Assembly: GCF_018350175.1 (NCBI RefSeq)
Contig: NC_058368.1
Coordinates: 114,020,001 to 114,084,000 of the forward strand
Direction: 5' to 3'
Length of the DNA stretch: 64,000 bases
From: Felis catus
Lineage: Eukaryota
The notes beneath the pieces are model-generated. The model searched no databases. It saw only the letters and a list, made by a program, of their open reading frames with translations, and was not told where the DNA came from. Below, piece after piece: positions 50,109 through 62,690 of the stretch. Each line of letters begins with the position of its first letter. Position 1 is the first letter of the stretch. Position numbers and translations under genes: made by a program.

Positions 50109-52138
50109 TTCTTCCAGGTTGTCCAGTTTGTTGGCAGGTGATTTTTCATGGTATTCCCTGATAATTGCTTGTGTTTCCGAGGGATTGGTTGTGATAATTC
50201 CATTTCCATTCATGATTTTATCTTTTTGGGTCCTCTCCCTTTTCTTTTTGAGAAGCCTGGCTAGAGGTTTATCAATTTTGTTTATTTTTTCAAAAAAAAC
50301 AACTCTTCGGTTTTATCGATCTGTTCTACTGTTTTTCTAGTTTCTATATTGTTTATTTCTTCTCTGATCTTTATTGTTTCTCTTCTTCTGCTGGGTTTGG
50401 GGTGTCTTTACTGTTCTGCTTCTATTTCCTTTAGGTGTGTTGTTAGATTTTGTATTGGGGATTTTTGTTTCTTTTTTTTTTTTTAATTTTTTTTTCAACA
50501 TTTATTTATTTTTGGGACAGAGAGAGAAAGAGCATGAACGGGGGAGGGGCAGAGAGAGGGAGACACAGAATCGGAAACAGGCTCCAGGCTCTGAGCCATC
50601 AGCCCAGAGCCTGACGCGGGGCTCGAACTCACGGACCGCGAGATCGTGACCTGGCTGAAGTCGGACGCTTAACCGACTGCGCCACCCAGGCGCCCCCGGG
50701 ATTTTTGTTTCTTGAGATACGCCTGGATTGCAATGTATTTTCCTCTCAGGACTGCCTTTGCTGCATCCCAAAGCATTTGGATTGTTGTATTTTCATTTTC
50801 ATTTGTTTCCATATATTTTTTAATTTCTTCTCTAATTGCCTGGTTGACCCATTCATTCTTTAGTAGGGTGTTCTTTAATCTCCATGCTTTTGGAGGTTTT
50901 CCAGACTTTTTCCTGTGGTTGATTTCAAGTTTCATAGCATTGTGGTCTGAAAGTATGCATGGTATGATCTCAATTCCTGTATACTTATGAAGGGCTGTTT
51001 TGTGACCCAGTATGTGATCTATCTTGGAGAATGTTCCATGTGCACTCGAGAAGAAAGTATATTCTGTTGCTTTGGGATGCAGAGTTCTAAATATATCTAT
51101 CTGTCAAGTCCATCTGATCCAATGTATCATTCAGAGCCCTTGTTTCTTTTTTGATCCTGTGTCTAGATGATCTATCCATTGCTGTAAGTGACATATCAGA
51201 TAAAGGGCTAGTATCCAAAATCTATAAAGAACTCACCAAACTCCACATCCGAAAAACAAATAATCCAGTGAAGAAATGGGCAGAAAACATGAATAGACAC
51301 TTCTCTAAAGAAGACATCCAGATGGCCAACAGGGACATGAAAAGGTGCTCAACATCACTCCTCATCAGGGAAATACAAATCAAAACCACACTGAGATATC
51401 ACCTCACGCCAGTCAGAGTGGCTAAAATGAACAAATCAGGATTCTACAGATGCTGGAGAGGATGTGGAGAAACGGGAACCCTCTTGCACTGGTGGTGGGA
51501 ATGCAAATTGGTGCAGCCACTCTGGAAAACAGTGTGGAGATTCCTCAAAAAATTAAAAATACATCTACCCTATGACCCAGCAATAGCACAGCTAAGAATT
51601 TACCCAAGGGATACAGGAGTGCTGATGCATAGGGGCACTTGTACCCCAAAGTTTATAGCAGCGCTTTCAATAATAGCCAAATTATGGAAAGAGCCCAAAT
51701 GTCCATCAACTGATGAATGGATAAAGAAATTGTGGTTTACATACACAGTGGAAAACTACTTGGCAATGAGAAAGAATGAAATCTGGCCATTTGCAGCAAC
51801 ATGGATGGAAATGGAGGGTATTATGCTAAGTGAAATAAGTCATACAGAGAAAGACAGATACCGTATGTTTTCACTTTCCATCCATATGTGGATCCTGAGA
51901 AACTTAACAGAAGACCATGGGGGGATGGGAAAGAAAAAAAAAAGTTAGAGACGGAGGGAGCCAAACCATAAGAGACTCTTAAAAACTGAAAATAAACTGA
52001 GGGTTGATGGAGGGGGTGGGAGGGAGGTGAGGGTTGGTGTTAGGTATTGAGGAGGGCACCTGTTGGGATGAGCACTGGGTGTTGTATGGAAACCAATTTG
52101 TCAAATTTCATATTAAAAAAATTTTTTTAATAAATAAA
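50109..52138 (+). mobile_element. Felid L1 with 5' inversion (50109-51190 antisense, 51190-52138 sense)
   Basis: 16-bp TSD TAAAGCAATTTCACAT at 50093-50108 and 52139-52154; antisense EN-region piece joined to sense ORF2 C-terminus ([14 protein letters not shown]) and tail. Confidence 0.95.
50472..50697 (-). mobile_element. Young felid Can-SINE inside inverted L1 segment
   Basis: TSD GGGATTTTTGTTTCTT at 50458-50473 and 50698-50713. Confidence 0.97.
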
Positions 52139-53396
52139 TAAAGCAATTTCACATACACACTGCATTATCACCCTCCTATGGGTGAGGGAACAAGAATAGC
52201 CTCTGAAGTGTTAAACATGGATCAGAGTTAACTCTTCCCTCTCTTGTTCTAGAATCTTCAACCCACAAATTGGGAACATTCTTATTCTCCCCTCTCATAA
52301 CTTTAGAATGTCAGGGCTGGAACAGTTTACAGAGAGAACTGAAGCCCAGAGGGGCAAGTGACTTGCTATCAGCCACAGAGCAGATCAGTGGGAGAATTAA
52401 AAGAGAAGGCTGGTGAGAAGCATTCTTGGAATAAGTTACATTAAAACAATATGTATTCTTTAACTGAACTGACAGTGATTAATAGTTGAGGATTCTCAAA
52501 TTCACACAGAGACTTCAATACGAAAAGAAGCTGGAAGAGCTGACTTCTTCCTACATAGTGAGTCTTCAAAGAAACTGTATGAACAATCCAAGTCAGAGTC
52601 CCTGAAACTTCAGCCTTGAAAGCTGATCACGGATTTAACTGTCAAGCTTTCCAGAACAGTTTTCTTTCTGCTTGGTCACCACTCAAAGCCTTCTCAGGAG
52701 GAAGGCTTCTACAGGTAGGCTAAGGGGTAAACATGGGCAAATCTGTGCAGACAGCAGCATTTACGGCTCACAATCCCCCCAAAACAGCCCATAATACCCA
52801 CAGAGATGGTGAACAAATTACAGATCTCTCAGTTTATCTCTCCTTCTTCCTCCTGCCCTTATGTCATTTCTATGTCCATTCTATAATCACTATTGCCAGC
52901 TAAATCCACCGTCTTCTTCTCCCCTCTCTCCCAAATATATCTCTATAACATTCAACCCATTCCCTAGGGGCAAATAAATGTTTCTCTTAAGTCCCAAGAA
53001 AGGAGAGAAGAATAAGGAGAGAAATGAGCAGGAATGGTTATACTGTCAGGATAGGCTAGTATATGCTACGGTCATAACACCCAATCTCTCAGGGCCAGGC
53101 CTCAGATTGAAGGGGGTGGGCAGGGTTATGCTATATGTAATGATCAGACACCCAAGACAGTGAGGTACCACCATCTTGTAGGAATTCCATCTGGAATACA
53201 CAACCTTCTCAGTAACTAAGGCAAGGATTTGAGGAGCTGAAGAGTCTCATAGCAGCGATTAAATACTTTGGCCTAAAAGCAACATAAGCACCACTTCCAC
53301 TCACAACTCATTGGCCAGAAATATTCATATGTCGCTACCTAAATGCAAGGGATGGGAAACTATAACCCTGCAGTGTGCCTAGAAGAAAAGAACCAG

Positions 53397-53590
53397 GGGC
53401 ACCTGAGTGGCTCAGTTGGTTAAGGGTCCAACTCTTGTCTTCAGCTCAAGTCATGATCTCATGGTTAGTGAGTTCTAGCCCTGCATCCAACTCTGTGCTG
53501 ACAGTACAGATGCCCCTCCCCTGCTCTTTCACTCACTCACTCACTCACTCTCTCTCTTTATATCAAAATAAATAAACTTAAAAAAAAATT
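53397..53590 (+). mobile_element. Can-SINE
   Basis: Head, tail; outer TSD ending AGAACCAG. Confidence 0.9.
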
Positions 53591-53593
53591 TTA

Positions 53594-53832
53594 GGGGCAC
53601 CTGGGTGGCTCAGTTGGTTAAACATCCGACTTTGGCTCAGATCATGATCTCACAGTTCGTGAGTTCGAGCCCCACGTCAGGCTCAAACTGAGCTGTCAGC
53701 ACAGAGCCTGAAGGCTGCTTTGGATTCTATGTCTCCCTCTCTCTCTGCTCTTCCCCTGCTCACATGCTGTCTCTCTCTCAAAAATAAATAAATAATTAAA
53801 AACAATTTTAAATGTGTTAATGATTAAAAAAA
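53594..53832 (+). mobile_element. Can-SINE inserted in tail of preceding SINE
   Basis: Full head, CT tract, tail. Confidence 0.93.
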
Positions 53833-54378
53833 AGAAGAAGAGAACCAGATGTGGGTGAACGCCAGAAGTCTTTACCACAAAGGATCTGAAGTTATTGCTA
53901 TCTTTATTCACACAGGTCAGGCCAGAGCCTTTACAAGGGAACTCAAAGGGTTCTACAATATCTCCTGATTATCATCCTTCATTTTCTAAGTGAAATGATT
54001 ATCACTCTACCATGATCTATCACTCTATCATTTTTCACTTTCTAAAATTCTAGGGATGACAGGTTTGCTAGTTGGTCCTCAAGCCTTGACTCTTCTAATG
54101 AATATGTTTGTTCCAGGTGACTCCCACTTCAGTGCTCAAAGAAGCACTAATTGATAGAAAAGCATTCCCTTTTATAAAGCTTCTTCCTAACATAATGAAA
54201 AGGCTTCTTTCTATCCTAAGTTACTTTTTTTATCCTGACTCTTACCTTCTTGGCACAGCACCATCTCAATCACAGACTCCTAAAAATGGTCAAAAAAAAA
54301 AAAAAAGGTAACTAAAAATAAAATTCACTGAGTCTGGGACTGAAAGCCAGAACAAGATGATCAGTCACTATGTGTTTT

Positions 54379-54600
54379 ATTTTGTTTTGTTTTTGAGAGA
54401 GAATCTTTTTTTTTAAGTTTATTTATTTATTTTGAGGGGTAGGGGTAGGGACAGATAGAGAGGGAAAGAGAGAATCCCAAGCAGGCTCCTCGCCACCAGC
54501 ACAGAGTATAACACGGGACTCAGTCCCATGAACTGTGAGATCACGACGTAAGTGAAAATCAAAAGTCAGATGCTTAACCAACTGACCCACCCAGGCGCCC
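54379..54600 (-). mobile_element. Can-SINE
   Basis: TSD CAGTCACT(A/G)TGTGTTTT at 54362-54378 and 54601-54617. Confidence 0.92.
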
Positions 54601-54862
54601 CAGTCACTGTGTGTTTTTCTTTTTTACTTTATTTTTTTTTCAATATATGAAGTTTATTGTCAAATTGGTTTCCATACAACACCCAGTGCTCATCCCAAAA
54701 GGTGCCCTCCTCAATACCCATCACCCACCCTCCCCTCCCTCCCACCCCCCATCAACCCTCAGTTTGTTCTCAGTTTTTAACAGTCTCTTATGCTTTGGCT
54801 CTCTTCCACTCTAACCTCTTTTTTTTTTCCTTCCCCTCCCTCATGGGTTTCTGTTAAGTTTC

Positions 54863-57800
54863 TCAGGATCCACATAAGAGTGAAACCATATGGTATCTGT
54901 CTTTCTCTGTATGGCTTATTTCACTTAGCATCATACTCTCCAATTCCATCCATGTTGCTACAAAGGGCCATATTTCATTCTTTCTCATTGCCACGTAGTA
55001 CTCCATTGTGTATATAACCACAATTTCTTTATCCATTCATCAGTTGATGGACATTTAGGCTCTTTCCATAATTTGACTATTGTTGAAAGTGCTGCTATAA
55101 ACATTGGGGTACAAGTGCCCCTATGCATCAGCACTCCTGTGGGATTTATCCCTTGGGTAAATTCCTAGCAGTGCTATTGCTGGGTCATAGGGTAGATGTA
55201 TTTTTAATTTTTTGAGGAACCTCCACACTGTTTTCCAGAGCGGCTGCACCAATTTGCATTCCCACCACCAGTGCAAGGGGGTTCCCGTTTCTCCACATCC
55301 TCTCCAGCATCTATAGTCTCCTGATTTGTTCATTTTGGCCACTCTGAGTGGCGTGGGGTAGTATCTCCATGAGGAGCAACATTGAGCATCTTTTCCTGTG
55401 CCTGTTGGCCATCCGGATGTCTTCTTTAGAGAAGTGTCTGTTCATGTTTTCTGCCCATTTCTTCACTGGGTTATTTGTTTTTCAGATGTGGAGTTTGGTG
55501 AGTTCTTTATAGATTTTGGATACTAGCCCTTTGTCCGATATGTCATTTGCAAATATCTTTTCCCATTCCGTTGGTTGCTTTTTAGTTTTGTTGATTGTTT
55601 CCTTTGCTGTGCAGAAGCTTTTTATCTTCATGAGGTCCCAGTAGTTCATTTTTGCTTTTAATTCCCTTGCCTTTGGGGATGTGTCAAGTAAGAAATTGCT
55701 ACAGCTCAGGTCAGAGAGGTCTTTTCCTGCTTTCTCCTCTAAGGTTTTGATGGTTTCCTGTCTCACATCCAGGTCTTTTATCCATTTTGAGTTGATTTTT
55801 GTGAATGGTGTGAGAAAGTGGTTTAGTTTCAATCTTCTGCATGTTGCTGTCCAGTTCTCCCAGCACCATTTGTTAAAGAGACTATCTTTTTTCCATTGGA
55901 TATTCTTTCCTGCTTTGTCAAAGATGAGTTGGCCATACGTTTGTGAGTCTAGTTCTGGCGTTTCTATTCCATTCCATTGGTCTATGTGTCTGTTTTTGTG
56001 CCAATACCATGCTGTCTTGATGATTACAGCTTTGTAGTAGAGGCTAAGGTCCGGGATTGTGATGCCTCCTGCTTTGGTCTTCTTCTTCAAAATTACTTTG
56101 GCTACTCAGGGCCTTTTGTGGTTCCATATGAATTTTAGGATTGCTTGTTCTAGCTTCAAGAAGAATGCTGGTGCAATTTTGATTGGGATTGCATTGAGTG
56201 TGTAGATAGCTTTGGGTAGTATTGACATTTTGACAATATTTATTCTTCCAATCCATGAGCATGGAATGTTTTTCCATTTCTTTATATCTTCTTCAATTTC
56301 CTTCATAAGCTTTCTATAGTTTTCAGCATACAGATCTTTTACATCTTTGGTTAGATTTATTCCTAGGTATTTTATGCTTCTTGGTGCAACTGTGAATGGG
56401 ATCAGTTTCTTTATTTGTCTTTCTGTTGCTTCATTGTTAGTGTATAACAATGCAACTGATTTCTGTACATTGATTTTGTATCCTGCAACTTTGCTAAATT
56501 CATGTATCAGTTCTAGCAGACTTCTGGTGGAGTCTATCGGATTTTCCATGTATAATATATGTCATCTGCAAAAAGTGAAAGCTTAACTTCATCTTTGCCA
56601 ATTTTGATGCCTTTGATTTCCTTTTGTTGTCTGATTGCTGATGCTAGAACTTCCAATACTATGTTAAACAACAGCGGTGAGAGTGGGCATCCCTGTAGTG
56701 TTCCTGATCTCAGGGAAAAAGCTCTCAGTTTTCCGCCACTGATGATGTTAGCTGTGGGCTTTTCATAAATGGCTTTGATAATCTTTAAGTATGTTCCTTC
56801 TATCCCGACTTTCTCGAGGGTTTTTATTAAGAAAGGGTGCTGGATTTTGTCAAAGGCCTTTTCTGCATCGATTGACAGGATCAAACTTTTATTAATGTGA
56901 TGTATCACGTTGATTGATTTGTGAATGTTGAACCAGCCCTGCAGCCCAGGAATGAATCCCACTTGATCATGGTGAATAATTCTTTTATATGCTGTTGAAT
57001 TCAATTTGCTAGTATCTTATTGAGAATTTTTGCATCCATATTCATCAGGGATATTGGCCTGTAGTTCTCTTTTTTTACTGGGTCTCTGTCTGGTTTAGGA
57101 ATCAAAGTAATACTGGCTTCATAGAATGAGTCTGGAAGTTTTCCTTCCCTTTCTATTTCTTGGAATAGCTTGAGAAGGATAGGTATTATCTCTGCTTTAA
57201 CTCCCCTGGGAAGCCATCTGGTCCTGGACTCTTATTTGTTGGGAGATTTTTGATGACTGATTCAATTTCTTTGCTGGTTATGTGTCTGTTCAAGCTTTCT
57301 ATTTCCTCCTGATTGAGTTTTGGAAGAGTGTGGGTGTTTAGGAATTTGTCCATTTCTTCCAGGTTGTCCAATTTGTTGGCATATAATTTTTCATGGTATT
57401 CCCTGATAATTGCTTGTATTTCTGAGGGATTGGTTGTAATAATTCCATTTGCATTCATGATTTTATCTATTTGGGTCATCTCCCTTTTCTTTTTGAGAAG
57501 CCTGGCTAGAGGTTTATCAATTTTGTTTATTTTTTCAAAAAAAACAACTCTTGGTTTCATTGATCTGCTCTATAATTTTTTTACATTCTATATTGTTTAT
57601 TTCTGCTCTGATCTTTATTATTTCTCTTCTTCTGCTGGATTTAGGCTGTCTTTGCTGTTCTGCTTCTATTTCCTTTAGGTGTGCTGTTAGATTTTGTATT
57701 GGGGATTTTTCTTGTTTCTTGAGATACGCCTGGATTGCAATGTATTTTCCTCTCAGGACTACCTTCACTGCATCCCAAAGCGTTTGGATTGTTGTATTTT

Positions 57801-58634
57801 CATTTTCGCTTGTTTCCATGTATTTTTTAATTTCTTCTCTAATTGCCTGGTTGACCCACTCATTCTTTAGTAGGGTGTTCTTTAACCTCCATGCTTTTGG
57901 AGGTTTTCCAGACTTTTTCCTGTGGTTGATTTCAAGTTTCATAGCATTGTGGTCTGAAAGTATGCATGGTATGATCTCAATTCTTGTATACTTATGAAGG
58001 GCTGTTTTGTGACCCAGTATGTGATCTATCTTGGAGAATGTTCCATGTGCACTCGAGAAGAAAGTATATTCTGTTGCTTTGGGATGCAGAGTTCTAAATA
58101 TATCTGTCAAGTCCATCTGATCCAATGTATCATCCAGGGTCCTTGTTTCTTTATTGACCATGTGTCTAGATGATCTATCCATTTCTGTAAGTGGAGTGTT
58201 AAAGTCCCCTGCAATTACCACATTCTTATCAATAAGGTTGCTTATGTTTTTGAGTAATTGTTTTATATATTTGGGGGCTCCTGTATTTGGTGCATAGACA
58301 TTTATAATTGTTAGCTCTTCCTGATGGATAGACCCTGTGATTATTATGTAATGCCCTTCTTCATCTCTTGTCACAGCCTTTAATTTAAAGTCTAGTTTGT
58401 CTGATTTAAGTATGGCTACTCCAGCTTTCATTTGACTTCCAGTGGCATGATAAATAGTTTTCCATCCCCTCACTCTCAATCTGAAGGTGTCCTCAGGTCC
58501 AAAATTAGTCTCTTGTAGACAGAAAATAGATGGGTCTTGTTTTTTATCCATTCTGATACCCTATGTCTTTTGGTTGGCGCATTTGGTCCATTTACATTCA
58601 GTGTTATTATAGAAAGATATGGGTTTAGAGTCAT
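54863..58634 (-). pseudogene. L1 ORF2p (endonuclease/reverse transcriptase), frameshifted
   Basis: ATG at 58634 (MTLNPYLSIITLNVNG); EN motifs CLQET, GDFN, SKIDH, SDH; RT motifs [19 protein letters not shown]; split across at least five ORFs. Confidence 0.95.
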
Positions 58635-58684
58635 TGTGATGTCCGTAGGTTTCATGCTTGTAGCGATGTCTCTGGCACTTTGTC

Positions 58685-59578
58685 TCAGAGGATCCCCCTT
58701 AGGATCTCTTGTAGGGCTGGCTTAGTGGTGACGAATTCCTTCAGTTTTTGTTTGTTTGGGAAGACCTTTATCTCTCCTTCTATTCTAAATGACAGACTTG
58801 CTGGATAAAGGATTCTCAGCTGCATATTTTTTCTGTTCATCACATTGAAGATCTCCTGCCATTCCTTTCTGGCCTGTCAAGTTTCAGTAGAGAGATCAGT
58901 CACGAGTCTTATAGGTCTCCCTTTATATGTTAGAGCACCTTTATCTCTAGCTGCTTTCAGAATTTTCTCTTTATCCTTGTATTTTGCCAGTTTCACTATG
59001 ATATGTCATGCAGAAGATCGATTCAAGTTACGTCTGAAGGGAGTTCTCTGTGCCTCTTGGATTTCAATGCCTTTTTCCTTCCCCAGATCCGGGAAGTTCT
59101 CAGCTATTATTTCTTCAAGTACACCTTCAGCACCTTTCCCTCTCTCTTCCTCCTCTGGAATACCAATTATGCGTATATTATTTCTCTTTAGTGTATCACT
59201 TAGTTCTCTAATTTTCCCCTCATACTCCTGGATTTTTTTATCTCTCTTTTTCTCAGCTTCTTCTTTTTCCATAATTTTGTTTTCTAGTTCACCTATTCTC
59301 TTCTCTGCCTCTTCAATCCGAGCTGTAGTTGTCTCCATTTTATTTTGCAGTTCATTGATAGCATTTTTCAGCTCCTCGTGACTGTTCCTTAGTCCCTTGA
59401 TCTCTGTAGCAAGAGATTCTCGGCTGTCCTTTATACTGTTTTCAAGCCCAGCGATTAATTTTATGACTATTATTCTAAATTCACTTTCTGTTATATTGTT
59501 TAAATCATTTTTGATCAGTTCGTTAGCTGCTGTTATTTCCTGGACGTTTTTCTGAGGGGAATTCTTCCGTTTCATCAT
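58685..59578 (-). pseudogene. L1 ORF1p, in frame but with two nonsense codons
   Basis: MMKRKNSPQK..coiled coil..RNNIRIIGIPEEE..ENFP; TGA at 59006-59008 and 58877-58879; ends KPALQEILRGIL*. Confidence 0.93.
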
Positions 59579-59579
59579 T

Positions 59580-60506
59580 TTGGATAGTCCCTGGAGTGGT
59601 GCGGGACTGCAGGCACTTCCCCTGTGCTGTCTTGAATAACTTGCGTTGGTGGGCAGGGCCGCAGTCAGACCTGATGTCTGCCCCCAGCCCACTGCTGGGG
59701 CCACAGTCGGACTGGTGTGTGCCTTCTCTTCCCCTCTCGTAGGGGCAGGATTCACTGTGGGGTGGCATAGCCCGTCTGGGCTACTTGCACACTGCCAGGC
59801 TTGTGGTGCTGGGGATCTGGCGTATTAGCTGGGGTGGATCGGCAAGGTGCACAGGGGCGGGAGGGGCAGGCTCAGCTCGCTTTTGCTTTTCCTTCGGAGA
59901 TCCGATTCGGGAGGGGCCCTGCGGCACTGGGAGGGAGTCAGACCCGCCGGAGGGATGGATCTGCAGAAGCACAGCGTTGGGTGTTTGCCCGGTGGAAGCA
60001 AGTTCCCTGGCAGGAACCAGTTCCCTTTGGGATTTTGGCTGGGGGATGGGAGAGGGAGATGGCGCTGGCAAGCGCCTTTGTTCTCCACCAAGCTGAGCTC
60101 TGTCGTCTGGGGCTCAACAACTGTCCCTCCTGTTGTCCTGCAGCTCTCCCATTCTCTGAGCAGAGCTGTTAGCTTATAACCTTCCAGATGTCAAGTCCCG
60201 CTTGCTGTCGGAACACACTCCGTCCGGCCCCTCCACTTGTGCAAGCCAGACTCAGGGGCTCTGCTTGGCCAGCGGGCCGCCCCCCGCCCTGGCTCCCTCC
60301 CGCCAGTCCGTGTAGTGTGCACCGCCTCGCCGCCCTTCCTACCCCTTTCCGTGGGCCTCTCATCTGCGCTTGGCTCTGGAGACTCCGTTCTGCTAGTCTT
60401 CTGGCGGTTTTCTGGGTTATTTAGGCAGGTGTAGGTGGAATCTAAGTGATCAGCAGGATGCGTGGTGAGCCCAGCATCCTCCTACGCCGCCATCTTCCCA
60501 GGATCC
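59580..60506 (-). promoter_or_regulatory. L1 5' UTR internal promoter, CpG-rich
   Basis: Most CpG-rich long stretch of the window; YY1-type AAGATGGCGG at the 5' end. Confidence 0.8.
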
Positions 60507-60579
60507 CACTATGTGTTTTTAAAGATCTATACTATGTGTGTTTTAATGATCTTGTATTAAAACAAATTTTAAAAAAATT

Positions 60580-60802
60580 GGGTGCCTGGGTGGCTCAGTT
60601 GGTTAAGTGTCTGACTTACACTCAGGTCATGATCTCATGGCTCGTGGGTTCAAGCCCAGCGTCAGGCTCTGTGCTGACAGCTCAGGGCCTGGAGCCTGCT
60701 TCAGGTTCTATGTCTCCCTCTCTCTGCCCCTTCCCCAGCTCACACTCTGTCTCTCTCTCTCTCAAAAACAAACATTTAAAAAATTAATAAAAAAAAAAAA
60801 AA
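60580..60802 (+). mobile_element. Can-SINE
   Basis: Head, CT tract, A tail. Confidence 0.95.
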
Positions 60803-62009
60803 CACAGCTCACCCCTTGACTTTTCCAAAGTGGCCCTTGCACTCTAATTAAGACACTCATTTATTTTATCCATACCATATGGTTAGCACAGTCTCTGGGC
60901 CTCTGTCCACTGTCTCTTCCTCTGGTCTGGAAAGCAACCAGTTTTGATCCATAATTTCCTTTAAGGTCTAGTCCAAGACTCACCTTCCCTAGGGAGCCTT
61001 TCCTCAGCAACCCTGACTCACACTGTGTCTCCAATCCTTGGGCCTACTCAGCACACATACCCAAAGTCATCTCTTCCTACTGCCCACCCCTTCTCCAGCA
61101 CATAGTACTGTGCTTCCAGCCTGCCAGCCTGTCCCGAACAAAACTGTGAGCATCTCACCCACAGATTCAGGCCTTTATATATCTTGACTCTCACTGAATG
61201 ATTACCATGGAGTCAGATCTATTTGATGAGTGAAAAAAAGACTACTTAGAAACTTTCTATTATCTAGAGAAAATCAACCTTCAGAAATTACCCAAATTCT
61301 TCAAATCATAACATATAGCAGGACTAAAAATCCATTTGTCCAATTAATCTTGCCAGAGTGAAGAAATTAAAGATTAGTATACAAAAAGAAAAGAAGAAAA
61401 TATCATTATTTATCTTCTCATGAGTTCAGATACAACATCTGTTTTCTTACAAATTTCCAAAAGAGGATCACACAGGCATCTTATGGTCTCACATCAACAC
61501 AAGATGGCCTACGTACCTACTGAAATTGACATTGTTAACAACCGCACCAAGCCAGACATTGTCTGAATTGTTTTAAGTGCATTATCTCAAATAACCAACA
61601 TAAGAATGCTGTGAAGAACCTCTCTGCTCCAAACCCAGGAGTAGAGCGCATGACTGAACCATCATGGAATATATGATAGGGCCCTCCTGACTCAGTTTCC
61701 CAATGAACAAAATGAGAGCTATACTCTCACATGCTGCAGATCTTCTCTGATGAAATGAAACAGGGCCCTGAAATAAGACTGTCTCCTGGATATAAGGACA
61801 GCTAAGAGCAGCAGCATCCTACGCAGTCCACACTTGGGAAAAGACTTCCAGAAACTCTTGCATAGCAGAGAAAGGAGTAGACAGATCATTTTCAGCCTGA
61901 ATAGAAGGCCTTCCCAAAGCCTTCCAGATATCCTGAGGGACTTCAGGTGAGCTAGCCAGATACCTTTGGAACAGCACCACATAGGAGTCCCTGCTCCTTG
62001 AAGAGCATA

Positions 62010-62130
62010 GGACATTTGTCCTTGAAATCCATCCACTCAGTTGTGAGGAAGCTCAAGCCACATGGAGAAGCCACATGGAAGCCTTCTGGCCTTAGCTAAA
62101 TCCCAGCTGACAGTCAATGTTAACATGACA
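62010..62130 (+). mobile_element. MLT1 LTR fragment
   Basis: GTTGTGAGGAAGCTCAAGCCACATGGAGAAGCCACATGG..CCCAGCTGACAG. Confidence 0.5.
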
Positions 62131-62566
62131 GGAGCAGAAGAGGAGCGTCCTCCTGTCCCACCCAGGCTTGCCAGTAGTCTGAGGAGGAGGTGAGGATTTA
62201 TGGTCTGAGGCTGCCCACCAAGGTGGACACCAGCTCTCTACTTTCTTATCAGCCAGGACCAGACATCCCACCCTACGTGCCACACCCCTCAACCTCTGTA
62301 TACCAAGAGGAAGGGATTGACCATGGTCAATGGCCTTTAACAAGTCTAGCTCCATGACAATGGAACCCAAGTGTGACCAGAACCCACACTGATCTCACAG
62401 AAAGTGGTGGTCCACCTACTTCAGAATTGAGAACAAAATAGAGTGTGGGCCTTTGAGTGTTGGAAAACTTCCTTGCAAGTTCATCTAGAAGATGCACACA
62501 AGAAAGTCACATATTTTATTGGACCAAGGAAAACCATGCCATGCCAGGTAGAAAGGAAGGCCCTGG

Positions 62567-62680
62567 TGGTACCTGGCTGGCTCAGTCAGTAAAGCATGTG
62601 ACTCTTGATCTCAGGGTTGTGAGGTTGAGCCCCAAATTGGGTGTAGAGATTACTTAAAAATAAAATCTTAAAAAGAGAGA
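62567..62680 (+). mobile_element. Short Can-SINE
   Basis: CCTGGCTGGCTCAGTCAGTAAAGCATGTGACTCTTGATCTC...GAGATTACTTAAAAATAAAA. Confidence 0.9.
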
Positions 62681-62690
62681 GAAAGAACAA

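Larger units (their letters stand above)
53044..53879 (-). mobile_element. MaLR LTR (MLT1J/K-like) interrupted by two SINEs
   Basis: TGTCAGGATAGGCTAG..ATGCT start; CACTTCCACTCACAACTCATTGGCCAGAA; ends TACCACA. Confidence 0.65.
54619..60506 (-). mobile_element. Essentially full-length felid LINE-1 (inactive)
   Basis: CpG-rich 5' UTR starting GGGATCCTGGGAAGATGGCGGCG, ORF1, ORF2 (EN, RT, Cys-rich), 3' UTR, poly(A); TSD CACT(G/A)TGTGTTTTT at 54605-54618 and 60507-60520. Confidence 0.97.

Noticed and set aside
51151..51948. 265-aa ORF
   Set aside because: L1 ORF2 C-terminus opened by the inversion junction, with a non-ATG start in the antisense segment.
59646..60434. Cluster of overlapping GC-rich ORFs and CpG island suggesting a host gene promoter
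   Set aside because: Lies wholly within the L1 5' UTR, inside the TSD; stop codons are simply scarce in GC-rich DNA.
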